Assembly (NCBI RefSeq): GCF_001194135.2
Contig: NC_068981.1
Coordinates: 181,418,605-181,452,143 of the forward strand
Direction: 5' to 3'
Length of the DNA stretch: 33,539 nt
From: Octopus bimaculoides
Lineage: Eukaryota
Shown here piece by piece: positions 32,933-33,539 of this stretch. The notes beneath the pieces were generated by a model. That model searched no databases. It was not told the origin of the DNA and worked only from the letters and a program-made list of their open reading frames with translations. Each line of letters starts with the position of its first letter. Position 1 is the stretch's first letter. Made by a program: the position numbers and the translations under genes.

Positions 32933-33129
32933 TCGAAGTGTACAGTATTATATACCCATGACGGCCGATCTTATCGATCGGTTTTGTACTAGGGGTTCAG
33001 CGGAATGTTAGGTAACAGTCCGAATATGTAATCCTGCGCTCTATAAATTTGAACTGTTACTTAGCACTCTTTAGTGCGAAACCGATCGGTAAGATCGGCC
33101 GTAATGGATATATAATACTGTACACTTCG

Positions 33130-33130
<1 letters not shown>
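32933..33130. mobile_element. Fold-back (palindromic) MITE-like element
   Basis: Arms TCGAAGTGTACAGTATTATATACCCATGACGGCCGATCTTATCGATCGGTTT... and ...AAACCGATCGGTAAGATCGGCCGTAATGGATATATAATACTGTACACTTCGA. Confidence 0.75.

Positions 33131-33133
<3 letters not shown>

Positions 33134-33186
<53 letters not shown>
33134..33186. repeat. (TA)n microsatellite
   Basis: Directly visible. Confidence 0.95.
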
Positions 33187-33187
<1 letters not shown>

Positions 33188-33189
<2 letters not shown>

Positions 33190-33460
33190 TCATCATCGTT
33201 TAACGTCCGCTTTCCATGCTAGCATGGGTTGGACGATTTGACTGAGGACTGGTGGACCGGATGGCTACACCAGGCTCCAATCTGATTTGGCAGAGTTTCT
33301 ACAGCTGGATGCCCTTCCTAACGCCAACCACTCCGAGAGTGTGGTGGGTGCTTTTACGTGCCACCGGCAGGAAGGTCAGTCAGGTGGTACTGGCAAGGGC
33401 CACGCTCAAAATGGTGTATTTTACGTGCCACCTGCACAGGAGCCAGTCCAGCGGCACTAG
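33188..33460 (-). mobile_element. Same LINE/SINE-related 3' fragment family as 170-640
   Basis: CATCATCATCGTTTAACGTCCGC... is the reverse complement of the (GAT)n-tailed terminus; CAGCTGGATGCCCTTCC is shared. Confidence 0.7.
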
Positions 33461-33539
33461 ACATCAGATTATTCAAAGATTTTCAAATCTCTACAGCCAA
33501 ACACTGAACACAGGTAAAAGCCAGAGAAATAGGGTGCAA

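Overview
Repeat-dense, AT-rich eukaryotic genomic DNA with five N-gaps (9922-10099, 13408-13417, 20068-20188, 27531-27973, 28692-28976). The SINE families and microsatellite load look like Octopus (coleoid cephalopod); this is from my recall of those repeats, not a search. I recognise no intact host gene. The window is a graveyard of mobile elements: a frameshifted Ty3/Gypsy gag-pol (~21.95-25.6 kb, minus), mariner, Tc1 and hAT remnants, a piggyBac-type MITE, three RTE LINE fragments, a restriction-like-endonuclease (R2-superfamily) LINE 3' fragment, many tRNA-derived SINEs and a decayed tRNA-Pro. The most interesting hand-read signals are RNA-level. (i) A Penelope-like GIY-YIG C-terminus (6981-7180, minus; missed by the ORF track) is followed ~170 nt downstream by a type I minimal hammerhead ribozyme motif with an intact catalytic core (6751-6810). 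(ii) A palindromic insertion carries two back-to-back hammerhead-like motifs with a variant CCGA core, one on each strand (30024-30117). Other items are an LTR-like composite with an open 87-aa ORF of unknown identity, a ~200-bp fold-back element, a perfect RFX X-box palindrome, a twin E-box/CCAAT module, inverted SINE pairs and one plausible 90-nt minus-strand exon. All protein family calls come from motif recognition by eye; no database search or RNA folding was run.
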